64,000 bases of DNA from an uncultured bacterium (GCA_963844835.1 CAWJPT010000002.1:58009-122008), one strand, 5' to 3'. Shown: positions 1 through 12,544, counted from the first letter of the stretch. A program made the numbers and translations. The notes: generated by a model from the letters alone, not told the origin.

Positions 1-1287
1 TGAAACGAACGGATCATCTCGGCGACGTCTCGCAACGGAGGGGCCTTGAGCCGCCGCTCGCTGATCGGCCGAGTGTGGTCACCGCTCAGATCCAGCATGT
101 AGAACTCGCCGTCGATCAGGCGCAATTCGTCGAGGCGGTAGTTGCCATGGATGCGGGTGCGTCTGCCACTTGCCGGCACCCGGCGCACCTGATTGATCAC
201 AGTCAGCATCGCCGGCTCCGCTCCGAGCAGAGTCTCGAGGTCGCTGTGCAAGTCGTCCGGTGCCTGGTCGAAATGATTGCGAATCGAAGTCAGCTCCTGT
301 TTCACTCCGGCACGCAGCGATTGATACAGGGAACGCTGATACAGGGTGGTTACCGGAGCCGGGCGGAGCTCGGGCTCCTCTGTCTGGGTAGCGAGAGCCT
401 GATGGAACTCAGCAGTCGTCACGCCGAGCTTCGTTGCGTACGTGAGGGTGGTATCGAGGGCTTCGGATACGTCGGTGGCCGTCCGGGTGCCTTCCACCAT
501 CCAACTCGTTACCGGTACTTCCGCGGGTGCAGGGACGTCACCGATCTGCTCGAGATAGGTGAGGCATAGATCGCGGAACAGCGTCCATGCAGTGATCTCG
601 GGATCGAGATTCTTCTGCATCATGCCGAGGCTGAACGTGTCGCGTGATTGGTATCGAGCGCCCCGTACACCGGAGAGAGGTTGTTGAAGCTGGTGCGATC
701 GGTCAGGTAGCGACGCAATTCCAGATCTGGGTGTGTCCCGGGCTCGATGTTGCGGAATAGCTTGAGAGTCAGATCGGGCCCGTATTGGATGAAGGTCTCG
801 CCCTGTGCCGTCTGCTGGAGGCGAGGCATGGTGTCGGCATCGCCGAGCTCGATATCGGATACCCGGGCGTGGCTCCACACGGCGCCGGTGCGACCGAGCA
901 TCTCCCGACCCTCGACGATCGCCCCGTACAGGGCAAGGCAGAATTCGGGGTCATACACCGCGTCGACGAGACGTTTGGGGCCTTCGCCGTGATCGATGAA
1001 TGCCACCGTCGCTTCGTCGGGCAGCGAATCGTCCTCGGCGGCTCTCATGCTGAGCGGCATCAGATAGCGCTGGGGCGGACCTGTGACGTACTCGATGTCG
1101 AGCAGCACTATCCAACCGACACGCGCTCCTTCGTCGTCTGCGATCGGGATCGCATCGAACGTCGATGCGCTCAGCCGTCTCTTGCCCCGATCGGCGTACC
1201 AAATCTGGTGCTCGGCGTACCTTGGCGAGGTGGCTGGGCAAATGGGTGGTCACTGCTGAAGAGATCCTCGACCGGGCCATTCACCAT
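1..1287 (-). CDS. Maltokinase (Pep2/Mak-like), 3' part off-window, frameshifted; may be fused to upstream TreS
   Basis: ORF 620-1108 has the Mak N-cap/kinase motifs 'LKLFRNIEPGTHPDLELRRYLT' and 'QRYLMPL'; lies directly downstream of treS; reading frame broken by indels. Confidence 0.75.
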
Positions 1288-2967
1288 GAAGTGTTCTCGT
1301 CACCGCTGTCGGTGTCCTGATAGACGATGGAGAACCAGTAGTAGCCGTATGGGCTGAGCGTGAGCAGGTAGGGAAGGTCGCCGATCCGGGGGAAGTCGGT
1401 ATGACCGAGCAGCTCAACGGGGTGGGCGCCTGCGTGCTCCTGGAGGTCGAGCTCGACGAACTGTGCATGCCTGCTCAGGTTGGCTACGACCAGGATGGTC
1501 TCGCCTTCACCCTCACGAATGTACGTGAGAACACGATCGTTCTGTGGCTGCAGGAAGCGTATCGAGCCCCGACCGAAGACGGGATGGCGGCGACGACGCC
1601 TGATCATCCTTCTCGTCCACCAGAGCAGCGAATTCGGATTGGCGTGCTCGGCCTCGACGTTCACCGTCTCGAAGTGATACTGCGGGATCGACTACAACCG
1701 GCAGGTAGAGAGACTGTGGGTTGGCAGACGAGAAACCGGCGTTGCGATCGTTGCTCCACTGCATGGGGGTGCGGACACCGTCGCGGTCGGCGAGGAAGAT
1801 GTTGTCGCCCATGCCCAACTCGTCGCCGTAGTACATGACCGGTGTCCCCGGTAGTGAGAGCAGCAGGCTCATCAACAGCTCGATCCGGCGCTGATCGTTG
1901 CCGAGAAGGGGTGCCAGCCGGCGTCTGATTCCGAGGTTGAGCCTGGCACGACGGTCGGGCGAGTAGGTCCGCCACATCAAGTCCCTTTCTTCCTCGGAGA
2001 CCATCTCGAGGGTCAGCTCGTCGTGGTTGCGGAGGAAGATTGCCCACTGTGCCGACTCTGGGATCGCCGGGGTCTGCTCGAGAATGTCGATGATGGGAAG
2101 GCGGGTCTCTCGTTCGAGGGCGAGGTAGAGGCGGGGCATGAGCGGAAAGTGGAAAGACATGTGGCATTCGTCGCCGTCACCGAAATAGGCGACGGCATCC
2201 TCCGGCCATTGGTTGGCCTCGGCGAGCAACATCCGGTCTCCGTACTTCTCATCGATGTGTGCCCGCAGCATGCGCAGCTCGGCGTGGGTCTCGGGTAGGT
2301 TCTCCCCGTTGGTGCCTTCCCTCTCGTGGAGGTAGGGGATGGCATCGAGTCGAAGCCCGTCAACTCCCATGTCGAGCCAGAAGTCGAGAACATCGACAAC
2401 CGCTTCCCGAACCTCCGGGTTGTTCCAGTTGAGGTCCGGCTGGTGGGAGAAGAATCGATGCCAGTAGTAGGCATCCGCCACAGGGTCCCATGCCCAGTTG
2501 GACGTCTCGGTGTCCTGGAAGATGATCCGGACATCCTGGTACCTCTCGGGGGTGTCGTTCCACACATAGAAGTCGCGCTCGGGTGACCCCGGCTCAGAAC
2601 GTCTGGCGCGCTGGAACCAGGGGTGCTGGTTCGAGGTGTGATTGATGACGAGCTCGGTTATCACGTACATGCCGCGAGCGTGCGCTTCGGCGAGGAAGTG
2701 ACGGAAGTCCTCGAGCGTTCCGTAGCTCGGATGGACGTCGTAATAGTCGGCGATGTCGTAGCCGTCGTCACGCAAGGGCGACGGGTAGAAAGGCAACAGC
2801 CAGATCGCGGTGACCCCGAGCTGTTGCAGATAATCGAGCCTGCTGGTCAAGCCGGTGAAGTCACCGATGCCATCTCCGTTCGAGTCGGCAAAGGCTCTTA
2901 CATGGACTTCATAGATGACCGCGTCTCGGTACCACCCCGGCGGACGATGAATCTCGACATCTGACAT
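1281..2967 (-). CDS. treS: Trehalose synthase (maltose alpha-D-glucosyltransferase), one frameshift near 1680
   Basis: Motifs '[26 protein letters not shown]', '[10 protein letters not shown]', '[13 protein letters not shown]'; C-terminus in ORF 1281-1664. Confidence 0.93.
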
Positions 2968-3057
2968 TCGCCCAAGATTAGGGTCATAGGTCGCGCGGTG
3001 GTCAACACGTGGTTTGAGAGCGCTAGTTTTTAGGGTAGCACGAGTAAGGAGAATGCG

Positions 3058-4637
3058 GTGTTGCAGCTGAACGGTATCGATCTGAAGAACGTCGGCACGG
3101 TGCACCACAATCTGTCTACGCCGGCTCTCTACGAGGAGGCCGTCCGACGCGGTGAGGCGATGCTCGGTCATCTCGGCCCGCTCGTGGTCAGCACCGGCAA
3201 GTACACGGGGCGTTCCGCCAACGACAAGTTCGTCGTTCGAGAGCCATTCACCGAAGACATCATCTGGTGGGGCAAGATCAACAAGCCATTCGATCCGGTC
3301 GACTTCGACAAGGTTCTTTACGGGCTCCGGTCCTATCTGCAGAACAAGGACATCTTCGTTCAGGACGGCTACGCCGGTGCCGACCCGAAGTACCGCATCA
3401 GGGTGCGCGTCATCAGCGAGCATGCCTGGCACAGCCTGTTTGCCCGCAACATGTTCATCCGGGAGTTCGATCCCGAAGTGATTGCGGCGTTCGAGCCTGA
3501 CTACACGGTCATCCACTGTCCGAGCTTCCAGGCGGATCCGGAGCAGGAGCACACCGCGAGCGAGGCCTTCGTCCTGCTCAACCTCGATCGCAAGATGGTG
3601 GTGATCGGTGGGACCAGTTATGCAGGTGAGATCAAGAAGTCGATCTTCACAGTGATGAACTACCTGATGCCTATTCGCGGCGTGCTCAGCCTGCACTCCT
3701 CCGCAAACGTTGGCGTTGCACGGTGATCCGGCGGTGTTCTTTGGGCTGTCCGGCACCGGCAAGACCACGCTCTCGACCGAGGCCGACCGGGCGCTGATCG
3801 GTGACGACGAGCTCGGCTGGAGCGACGAGGGGATCTTCAACTACGAGGGTGGCTGCTACGCCAAGATGATCCGATTGTCCGATGAGTCTGAGCCGGAGAT
3901 CTACCAGACCACTCGCCGTTTCGGGACGGTCCTCGAGAACGTGACCATCGATCCGGCAGACCCGCAGGCTCGATCTCAGCGAGGCATCCACAGAGAACAC
4001 CCGCGGGGCATATCCCATCACTCACATCGACAACATCGTCGAGGGGTCGATGGCGGGGCATCCGAAGAACATCTTCATGCTAACGGCCGACGCGTTCGGG
4101 ATACTCCCGCCGATCGCCCGGCTCGACGAGGCGCAAGCCAGGTACCACTTCATCTCCGGTTACACGGCCAAGGTGGCGGGAACCGAGCGCGGTGTGAAGG
4201 AACCACAAGCAACCTTCTCAGCTTGCTTCGGGGCGCCGTTCATGCCCCTGCATCCCACGGTCTACGCAGACCTGCTCGGCAAGAAGATCCGCGCCCATGA
4301 TGTGCGTGTGTGGCTGGTGAACACCGGCTGGACCGGCGGGCCATACGGGGTCGGGACCCGTTTCAAGATTGCTCACTCCCGGGCAGTGATCCGGGCCGCG
4401 CTCAACGGCGATCTCGATACGGTCGAGTTCCGGCAGGATCCCGTGTTCGGCTTCGAGGTTCCGGTGGAATGCCCCGGGCTGCCCACAGAGCTGTTGACCC
4501 CGAGAGGGACATGGGATGACCCGGAGGCATACGACGCAAGGGCGGAGGAACTAGCGGAGCTCTTCCGCGTCAACTTCGAGGAGTTTGCAGAGCTGGCCGG
4601 TGCCGAGTTGACCGCAGCAGGACCGGTGGCACGGTAA
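3058..4637 (+). CDS. pckA: Phosphoenolpyruvate carboxykinase (ATP), frameshifted near 3715 and 3960
   Basis: '[12 protein letters not shown]', '[10 protein letters not shown]', '[13 protein letters not shown]', 'IGDDE', 'FSACFGAPF' across three consecutive ORFs. Confidence 0.93.
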
Positions 4638-4647
4638 GGCGCCGTCG

Positions 4648-6148
4648 GTGACGAGTGCTTTCGCCGACTACGACTCATTCGACGCAGTTGGCTTGGCTGC
4701 GCTCATCGAGTCGGGCGAGGTGACCGCTGCCGAGCTCATCGAAGCCGCAATTGACAGAGTCGAGGCCATCAACCCGACGATCAATGCGGTCATCGTGAAA
4801 CATTACGAGCGTGCCAGAAGGCGGGCCTCTTCTGGCACGCTGCCCGGGCCGTTCTTCGGAGTCCCATTTCTCACCAAGGATCTCGCCAACGTCGCCGGAG
4901 ATGTGGTGAGCTATGGCTCGGTTTTCTTCCGTGACTATCGGCCGGACACTACGGATGAGTACCAGCTGCGCACGGAGAGAGCAGGTCTGATCTCGATTGG
5001 GCGGACCAACTCGCCGGAGTTCGGGCTGTTGCCGACGACCGAGCCGACATTGCACGGGCCCACGCGCAATCCGTGGGACACGGAGCGGTCTCCGGGTGGC
5101 TCGAGTGGCGGGTCAGCTGCGGCAACTGCTGCGGGCATGGTCCCCATGGCGCATTCGAGTGATGGAGGTGGCTCCATCCGAATCCCTGCAGCCGCATGCG
5201 GAGTCTTCGGTTTCAAGCCGAGCAGGGGGCGCATGCCGCGCTTTCCACCTTCACCTGCCGACTACCTCTCGATAGATCTCGCGGTCAGCCGCTCGGTGCG
5301 CGACAGCGCGGCGCTGCTGGATGTCACCCATGGTGCTGTTGCCGGCTCCGAGTACTACGCCCCACCACCATCTGGTGCTTTTGCCGCTGCAGTGGAGCGG
5401 GAGCCGGATGTGATGCGCATCGCCATCTCGACGGTTGACTTCCGTGGCAGGAACACTGCGCGGGAATGCCGCGATGCGGTGCACGCAACCGCCACTGAGC
5501 TCAGCGATCTTGGTCACAAGGTCGTCGAAGCCAAGCCCGAAATCGACGGTCAGGCCATGGCTGAAGCGTTCTTGATGATCTGGGAATCGCTGGCGGAGTC
5601 GATCTTCAACATCATCATGACCGAGGCGGACAAGACGCGGGTCGGCCATGTGCTGCGGCTCCTGCTGGGCGAGTGGCGGGCTATGAGGTTGATCAGCAGG
5701 ATCGACAAGATGCGAGCGGGCCGCGATGCATTCGAGCCCTTCACCTGGCGGTTGGCGCAACTGTCCCGAAAGCACACTCCGGCACAACTGATCGCGGCAC
5801 GCACCGAGCTGCAACAGGCGTCCTACCATTTTGCCGAGTTCTTCGAAACCTACGACTCGCTGCTGACCCCGACGCTCGGTGGCACCACCACTGCGTCTTG
5901 GCGAGATCGACCAGGAAGCCGCCTGGTCCCGGATCGTCGAGCAGCTTTTCGACTACGTGGCTTTCACGCCGATCGCCAATTTCACCGGGTCGCCGGCTAT
6001 GTCGGTACCGGCGTACTGGACGTCGTCGGGGCTACCGATCGGCGTCCACTTCATGGGGCCGCACGGTGACGAGGAACGAATGCTGTCGTTGGCAGGTCAG
6101 CTGGAACGAGCCATGCCTTGGTCGGGGAGACGGCCGGCTATCGGATGA
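4648..6148 (+). CDS. Amidase-signature family protein, frameshift near 5885
   Basis: '[12 protein letters not shown]', '[16 protein letters not shown]'; C-terminal '[16 protein letters not shown]...GLPIGV' in ORF 5879-6148. Confidence 0.88.
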
Positions 6149-6647
6149 TGGCGGCGTAGGAGCGGCCGAACCTCATGTAGACGTCGACACCCTCGCTCTG
6201 GCGGGCGATTTCAGCTTCGGTGAGCTCACGGACTGGCTTGGCCGGAATTCCCATTGCCAAGGTCCATGCCGGGATGCTCTTGCCTTCGGTCAGGATCGAA
6301 CCGGCCGCCAGCCACGAGCCCTCTCCCATCACCGCACCGTTCAACGCTCTGGCGCCGATACCAACCAGACAATGCGAGCCAACGGTTGCCCCATGCACGA
6401 CCGCGGCATGACCGATAGTCACCCGATTCCCGATGTCGATGGGCAGCCCAGCATCGACGTGAAGCACACTGTTGTCCTGGATGTTGGTCTCTGTGCCGAT
6501 GTGGACCCAATCCAGTTCGGCCCTGATGACGGTGCCGAACATGATCACCGCATCCCGACCAACGGTTATGTCGCCGTAGAGGACGGCAGTGGGGGCGACG
6601 AAGGCGCTCGGGTCGATCGATGGTGTGCCGATGCTGATCTCGCTCAT
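6138..6647 (-). CDS. Gamma carbonic anhydrase family (hexapeptide repeat) protein
   Basis: 'NIQDNSVLH', 'TIGHAAVVHGATVG'. Confidence 0.88.
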   Translation of the reverse strand: MSEISIGTPSIDPSAFVAPTAVLYGDITVGRDAVIMFGTVIRAELDWVHIGTETNIQDNSVLHVDAGLPIDIGNRVTIGHAAVVHGATVGSHCLVGIGARALNGAVMGEGSWLAAGSILTEGKSIPAWTLAMGIPAKPVRELTEAEIARQSEGVDVYMRFGRSYAAIIR

Positions 6648-6813
6648 GGGTCTCCTCGCTGGTGGCTCGCGATTGTCGCAGAATCACAACCGATCACTTG
6701 GAGAGTAGGTAGCGACCTGAGGCGTTGCGTCTCCGGAAGGTTGCCCGTATGCAGACCGGTGAGAGTCGTCCTAGCGCTGCAGTCGAAGTGTGCCGCATGG
6801 GAAACGCTGGAGA

Positions 6814-7272
6814 CTATCGGTGCTCTTCGACGATGGGTGCGGGCACTTTTCCTTCGCGAAGCACGGCATCATCGCTGGCGATCTTGGCGAGCGTAGCGCT
6901 GCGCAGCTGGTCGGAGAATGCATCCTTGGCCGCCATCCAGACCCAGTGGATTGCGCACGCTCTCTCCCAATGGCAGGGTCCACCATCGAGAGCGCAGGCA
7001 GGCTCATCGTTGCGACCCTCGAGTGCCTGGATGATGTCGTGCAGCGTGATGGCTCCGGGGTCCTTTGCCAGCGTGTAACCGCCGGTGCGCCCGGGCTGAG
7101 AGTCGACGAGATCGGCCCGGCCGAGCTCTTGCAGAACCTGACGCAAGAAGCCGACGGGTATGTCCATGTCCTTGGAGATGACCGGTGCGGCGAGGCCATT
7201 TGGATAGCTTTGGGCAAGGGTGATCAAGGCTCGTACGCCGTAGTCCGTGCGGCGGGTGGGAACGATTTTCAT
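6814..7272 (-). CDS. Rrf2 family transcriptional regulator (IscR-like, 3 Cys + His)
   Basis: 'TDYGVRAL', 'GRTGGYTLAKDPGAITLHDII', C-terminal C-x6-C-x5-C-x2-H. Confidence 0.88.
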   Translation of the reverse strand: MKIVPTRRTDYGVRALITLAQSYPNGLAAPVISKDMDIPVGFLRQVLQELGRADLVDSQPGRTGGYTLAKDPGAITLHDIIQALEGRNDEPACALDGGPCHWERACAIHWVWMAAKDAFSDQLRSATLAKIASDDAVLREGKVPAPIVEEHR

Positions 7273-7280
7273 GGATGCCA

Positions 7281-7312
7281 GTGTAGGTCGATAGATAACT
7301 CGACGGCTACAC
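7281..7312. promoter_or_regulatory. Inverted repeat upstream of the Rrf2 gene, candidate operator
   Basis: GTGTAG-GTCGA-tagataac-TCGAC-gg-CTACAC just upstream of the Rrf2 start codon. Confidence 0.45.
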
Positions 7313-7333
7313 ATTTGGTTCGAGTTCCGCGGC

Positions 7334-8369
7334 TCAGCCCAGATGCTCCCAATCGAGAATGACCTTGCCGCACAATCCGGTACGCATGGTGGAAAACGCG
7401 GCTTCGTATTCCTCTGCCGCGAACTCATGGGTGATGACCGGAGAGACATCGAGGCCGGTGTGAAGCATCGCGGTCATCAGATACCAGGTCTCGAACATGC
7501 GTCGCCCATAGATGCCCTTCATGGTGAGACCCTTGAAGATGATCGTGTTCCAGTCCATGGGCGCGTCTTCCGGAGGTATACCGAGCAGCGCCACTGAAGA
7601 CCCGTGATTCATTGTCTCCATCATCTCGTGGAGAGCGATGCGGACTCCGGACATCTCCATGCCGATATCGAAACCTTCGGTCATGCCGAGCTCGTCCATA
7701 GCTTTCCTGAGCGAGGTCCGATTGGTGTTGATGGCGAGGTTGGCACCCATGCCGGCCGCGATGTCGAGCCGAAAATCATTGATGTCGGTGACGACGATAT
7801 AGCGCGCTCCCGCGTGACGGGCGATTGCGGCCGCCATCATCCCGATCGGCCCTGCCCCTGTGATCAGTACGTCTTCGCCGACGAGGTCGAACGAGAGCGC
7901 GGTGTGCGTCGCGTTTCCGAGCGGGTCGAGGATGGTGGCGATGCGGTCCGGGATCTCGTCTGGGACGGGGAACGCGTTGAAGGCAGGGATGGTGAGATAC
8001 TCGGCAAAGGCGCCTGGTCGGTTGACGCCGACGCCGACCGTGTTGCGGCAGAACTGTCTGCGTCCTGCCCGGCAGTTCCGACAGTGCCCACAGGTGACAT
8101 GGCCTTCACCCGAGACTCGTTGACCCACGTGGAAGCCCTGAACCTCCGAGCCGATCGCATCGATGACACCGACGAACTCGTGACCCACTTGCATACCCAA
8201 TCGGGATGGTCTGCTGAGCCCAGGGATCCCAGTTGACGATGTGCAGGTCGGTGCCACACACGGCTGTCTTGACGATCTTGATCCGGACGTCGTTGTGGCC
8301 GACATCGGGAATGGGCACGTCCTCCATCCAGATTCCTGGCTCGCCCTTGGCTTTGACCAGGGCCCTCAT
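7334..8369 (-). CDS. tdh: L-threonine 3-dehydrogenase, frameshift near 8200
   Basis: 'MRALVKAK', 'CGTDLHI', 'GHEFVG', '[10 protein letters not shown]', 'GAGPIG'; adjacent to kbl. Confidence 0.93.
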
Positions 8370-9559
8370 TGGATCACCCCCAGCTCACGGCCGACCTTGG
8401 TGAAGGCAGCGACGGCATGATCGATGTGGGCGTCGGTGTGAGCCGCCGACATCTGCGTGCGGATCCTGGCCTCGCCCCGCGGCACGACTGGGAACGAGAA
8501 CCCGATCACATAGATGCCCTCTGCGAGGAGGCGATCTGCCATCTCGGTGGCGAGCTTGGCATCGCCGAGCATCACCGGAATTATCGGGTGGCCGCCCCCG
8601 GCGAGCGTGAAACCCGCCGCCGTCATCGATTCACGGAACCGGTCGGAATTGTTGCGCAGCCGGGCACGGAGCTCGTCGGAGCTGCGGAGCAGATCGAGCG
8701 CGGCCAACGAGGTAGCTGCGATGGCCGGAGCCAGCGAGTTCGAGAAGAGGTAGGGTCGAGATCGCTGTCGTAGCCAGGCAACGATCTCTTTGCGCCCGGA
8801 CGTGTAGCCGCCTGATGCTCCTCCCAGGGCCTTGCCGAGCGTGCCGGTAATGATGTCGACGCGTCCCATGACGCCGCAGGACTCGGGGGTACCTCTGCCG
8901 CCCTCGCCAACGAAGCCGACAGCATGTGAGTCGTCGACCATGACCAGCGCCCCGTATCGATCGGCGAGATCGCATATTGCGCTCAGGTTGGCGATGATCC
9001 CGTCCATTGAGAAGACGCCGTCAGTGGCAATGATCACGGTGCGGGCCGTTGCCGAAGCCTCTTTCAGCTTCGCCTCCAGATCGGCCATGTCGTTGTTGGC
9101 GTACCGGAGTCGCTGTGCCTTCGAGAGTCGTACCCCGTCGATGATCGACGCATGGTTGAGCGAATCGGAGATGATGGCGTCCTCCGCACCGAGCAACGCC
9201 TCGAACAGCCCGCCGTTGGCGTCGAAGCAGGACGAGTAGAGGATCGTGTCCTCGGTGCCGAGGAAGTCGCTCAGTTCCGCCTCGAGCTTCTTGTGGACGG
9301 TCTGGGTCCCGCAGATGAAGCGGACCGATGACATTCCGTAGCCGTACTCCGTTACCGCCTGCGCCGCCGTCTCCACCAGGAGCGGGTGGTTGGCCAGCCC
9401 GAGGTAGTTGTTGGCACACATGTTGATGACTTGTTTGCCATCTTCGAGAGTGATCACCGCTTGCTGCGGTGATGCGATGATTCGCTCCTCCTTGAACAGC
9501 CCCGATGTGCGGAGCTCGTCGGTTTGGGCTTCGAGTTGCGCGAGAAATGCTGCGTCCAT
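8366..9559 (-). CDS. kbl: Glycine C-acetyltransferase (2-amino-3-ketobutyrate CoA ligase)
   Basis: '[11 protein letters not shown]', '[10 protein letters not shown]', '[14 protein letters not shown]', '[11 protein letters not shown]'. Confidence 0.95.
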   Translation of the reverse strand: MDAAFLAQLEAQTDELRTSGLFKEERIIASPQQAVITLEDGKQVINMCANNYLGLANHPLLVETAAQAVTEYGYGMSSVRFICGTQTVHKKLEAELSDFLGTEDTILYSSCFDANGGLFEALLGAEDAIISDSLNHASIIDGVRLSKAQRLRYANNDMADLEAKLKEASATARTVIIATDGVFSMDGIIANLSAICDLADRYGALVMVDDSHAVGFVGEGGRGTPESCGVMGRVDIITGTLGKALGGASGGYTSGRKEIVAWLRQRSRPYLFSNSLAPAIAATSLAALDLLRSSDELRARLRNNSDRFRESMTAAGFTLAGGGHPIIPVMLGDAKLATEMADRLLAEGIYVIGFSFPVVPRGEARIRTQMSAAHTDAHIDHAVAAFTKVGRELGVIQ

Positions 9560-9578
9560 ATCGCCTCCCGCGCAGATT

Positions 9579-10604
9579 CTATCTGGCGAGAAGCTCGTCT
9601 CCCCTGCGCGCAGCAACTGTCTGAGTGTCGTCTCGCTCGATCGGCTCGGGGAAGACCACCCGGCCATAGCGATCTGTAACCCGTGGCCTCTTCGGCAACG
9701 GCTCGGGCGGAGTCGTCGGAGGGCGGTCGCCGATCACGTCGAGGGGTGCGTCCATCGCGTTCTCCGACGCAGGGGCGGGCGCTGCGGGCGAGCTGAAACT
9801 GAAGTGGTTGCGGCCGATGCGTCGTGATATCTCGATCCGGGTGTCGAGTGCCTGTGCCAGGGCAATAGCGATACGCGGCGGCGTGGTCGGTTCCGGGGCG
9901 TCGTCGGATACGGTGCATACGATGGATGTGCCGTCTCGCGCCGCTGCAACATCAATCTGGCGGCAACCTCGCTCGATTGCGGCGGTGACGAGGCTACGCA
10001 CCAGTACCCGGAACGCGGTCGGATCGGTGTAGGCGAAGTGTCTGGTGCCGGTCTTGGTCACGTCCGCCTCAGGGAATCGGGCGGTGGCCAGATCGATCTG
10101 GTCGCGCAGATCGACAAGGGTGAGTTCGACGGGCGCGGTGTCGCTCTCCAGTCGGATCTGGGTGAGTGTGTCCTCGGTGAGCGCCTCAGCGTCCCGGGCG
10201 TGTGAGGTGAGCAGCCTGACACTGTCGAGAGTCAAGTGGGGATCGGTGATCCCGTCGGCAACGATTTGCTCGCCGATCGTGATGATGCGCTCCAGGATCG
10301 CGGCATGGTCGTTGAGCCTGTCCCGGAATGCTGCACTGTCGGCCCGACGGGCACTCTTCTCCGCATCGACTTGACGTCGCAACACGTTGTGGCGCCTTCG
10401 CGTATGAGCAACGAGTAGTCCGTGATACCCACCGACCAGCATGAGCCAACCCGCCGCCCCGAAGGCGACCAGCCATCCTGCGGGACCGTCTGGGGCAGAC
10501 ATGATCACAACGAGCAACGGTGTTATTGAGATCACACCCACGACGAGGGTGATGAGTGCACCGGCCCGCAATCGTGGGCTCGCCGGCTCCTGTCTCGTTG
10601 CCAT
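9579..10604 (-). CDS. Membrane protein resembling a degenerate sensor histidine kinase
   Basis: Two N-terminal TM helices, coiled coil, HATPase-like '[16 protein letters not shown]...VSDD' lacking canonical H/N/G boxes. Confidence 0.5.
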   Translation of the reverse strand: MATRQEPASPRLRAGALITLVVGVISITPLLVVIMSAPDGPAGWLVAFGAAGWLMLVGGYHGLLVAHTRRRHNVLRRQVDAEKSARRADSAAFRDRLNDHAAILERIITIGEQIVADGITDPHLTLDSVRLLTSHARDAEALTEDTLTQIRLESDTAPVELTLVDLRDQIDLATARFPEADVTKTGTRHFAYTDPTAFRVLVRSLVTAAIERGCRQIDVAAARDGTSIVCTVSDDAPEPTTPPRIAIALAQALDTRIEISRRIGRNHFSFSSPAAPAPASENAMDAPLDVIGDRPPTTPPEPLPKRPRVTDRYGRVVFPEPIERDDTQTVAARRGDELLAR

Positions 10605-10679
10605 GGTATTGAATCGGCAGGAGGCGTGGAAAACCGCAGAGTCAAATATGGTGCTGCAAGTTGACTAGTCCCGGCGCGA

Positions 10680-11318
10680 TCAGACGATTCTGCGGTCGGA
10701 TGCCCAGCGGGCGAGCTCGTGGCGGCTGGACAGCTGTAGCTTGCGCAGCACGGAGGAAACGTGAGTCTCCACGGTCTTGATCGAGATCGACAGTTTTCGG
10801 GCAACCTGTTTGTAGGCCAGGCCGCGGGCGATCAGACGCATCACCTCTTGCTCGCGTGGGGTGAGCTGATCGAGCTCCGAGTCGGCGGCAGGGGAGATGG
10901 CCCCACCGAAAGCATCGAGCACGAACCCGGCGAGACGTGGCGAGAACACGGCATCGCCATCGGCCACCCGACGCACCGCGTCTGCGAGCTCGTCGGGGGC
11001 GATCGACTTGGTGACGTAGCCACGGGCACCGGCGCGGATCATGGCGATGACGTCGTCGGGAGAATCGGATACTGAGAGAGCGAGGAACCGGGTCTCGGGG
11101 TGAGTCTGCAGCACGCTGGAGATGACGGTGACGCCGCCTCCACCGGGCATATGCACGTCGACGAGCACGACGTCCGGTCCCGCTTGGCGGATCGCGGCGA
11201 TCGCCTCGTCGACATCCCCTGCGACACCGACGATGGGGAAGTGCTCACTGAGCTCGCTCTTCACCCCTGAGAGGAAGAGCTCGTGGTCGTCTACGAGAAA
11301 GAGAGTTGTGTCAGTCAT
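10680..11318 (-). CDS. NarL/LuxR family response regulator
   Basis: 'LVDDHELF', 'DVVLVDVHMPGG', C-terminal 'LTPREQEVMRLIARG...TVETHVSSVLRKL'. Confidence 0.93.
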   Translation of the reverse strand: MTDTTLFLVDDHELFLSGVKSELSEHFPIVGVAGDVDEAIAAIRQAGPDVVLVDVHMPGGGGVTVISSVLQTHPETRFLALSVSDSPDDVIAMIRAGARGYVTKSIAPDELADAVRRVADGDAVFSPRLAGFVLDAFGGAISPAADSELDQLTPREQEVMRLIARGLAYKQVARKLSISIKTVETHVSSVLRKLQLSSRHELARWASDRRIV

Positions 11319-12525
11319 GGTTTCCTCGCGGTAGCTTCAGGCGGACCTCGGTGCCTTCGCCGGGCTCGCTGATGATCTCCGACTCGCCGCCCTGTCGTTT
11401 CATGCGTCCCCTGAGAGAGTTCTCGATACCGTGGTGGCCCTCGGGAATGGACTCCGGATCGAAGCCGCATCCCTGATCGGTGACGAAGACCTCAACGACA
11501 TCATCCCGCACCTCGGCGAAGACGGACACCTTGGCAGACCTCGAGTGCTTTGCGGCGTTGGTCATCGCCTCACCTGCTGCCGCCACCAGAGACGTGGTGC
11601 GCTCCGTCATCGGCATATCACCCACCACAACGACCTCGACAGGAACGTCGTGTCTCGCCTCTACATCGGTCGCCGTTGCCTCCAGCGCCTGGCGGATACC
11701 GATCTCGGTATCACCATTGCGAGGCGCGTAGAGCCAGTTGCGCAAGTCCCGTTCCTGAGCCCGTGCCAGAGTGACCATTCGTTTTGGGTCGTCGGTGCGT
11801 TGGATCAGCGCGAGAGTCTGCAGCACGGAGTCGTGCAAATGGGCCGCCACGTCGGTGCGTTCGTCGGCAAGGATCCGGTTACGTCTCTCCTCTCCGAGGT
11901 CCCGGATCAGCGACGTCACCCAGGGGCCGAAGATGATCATGAAGCCGGCGCCGGTGAGGGCCGCGGCTGTGATCGCCGGGCCGAGTGACTCAATAGAGCC
12001 GATGGCAGATGACAGGCTTGCGATCCCGGCGAGCAGCAGGAGCGCGCCGACCACGATACGTGTGCGGCTCGGGGCAAACCCACCGGAAGCAGGATCGAAG
12101 ATGCTCGTCTTGTCCCACATGGCAGCACCGCCGAATGCCAGTAGCGAGCCCGCCCAGACAACCGTGTCGCCGAACCAGAGATTCAGCCCACGGAAGAGCG
12201 ACATCGTCCCGAGGAGGATCAGAACCAGGCCGATGATCTGCCGTGTGTCCGGTGGGTCGGCAGGCGTTATGTCATCGCTGGGTGAGGCGATGGCGGCACC
12301 AAGCAGATAGAGAATGACACCGGCACCTCCGGCAAGAGACAACGAGATGAAAGCGGCCCGGACATATGCATCGGAGATGCCGAGCCGATCGGCAATGCCC
12401 CCCGCCACGCCCATGATCACCCGGTCGTCGGTGCGTCGCACAATGAGGTTCCTGACGCGGTCGACCTTGCCGGGAGAAGTGGTCTCGGTCTTGGTTTCGG
12501 TCTCCATATCGCCGAATGTTGTCAC
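11311..12525 (-). CDS. PspC-domain sensor histidine kinase
   Basis: N-terminal PspC 'DDRVIMGVAGGIA', H-box 'AAHLHDSVLQTL', 'NAAKHS', 'DQGCGFD'. Confidence 0.9.
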   Translation of the reverse strand: MTTFGDMETETKTETTSPGKVDRVRNLIVRRTDDRVIMGVAGGIADRLGISDAYVRAAFISLSLAGGAGVILYLLGAAIASPSDDITPADPPDTRQIIGLVLILLGTMSLFRGLNLWFGDTVVWAGSLLAFGGAAMWDKTSIFDPASGGFAPSRTRIVVGALLLLAGIASLSSAIGSIESLGPAITAAALTGAGFMIIFGPWVTSLIRDLGEERRNRILADERTDVAAHLHDSVLQTLALIQRTDDPKRMVTLARAQERDLRNWLYAPRNGDTEIGIRQALEATATDVEARHDVPVEVVVVGDMPMTERTTSLVAAAGEAMTNAAKHSRSAKVSVFAEVRDDVVEVFVTDQGCGFDPESIPEGHHGIENSLRGRMKRQGGESEIISEPGEGTEVRLKLPRGNHD

Positions 12526-12544
12526 AGCGGCGGGTGCGGGACAA

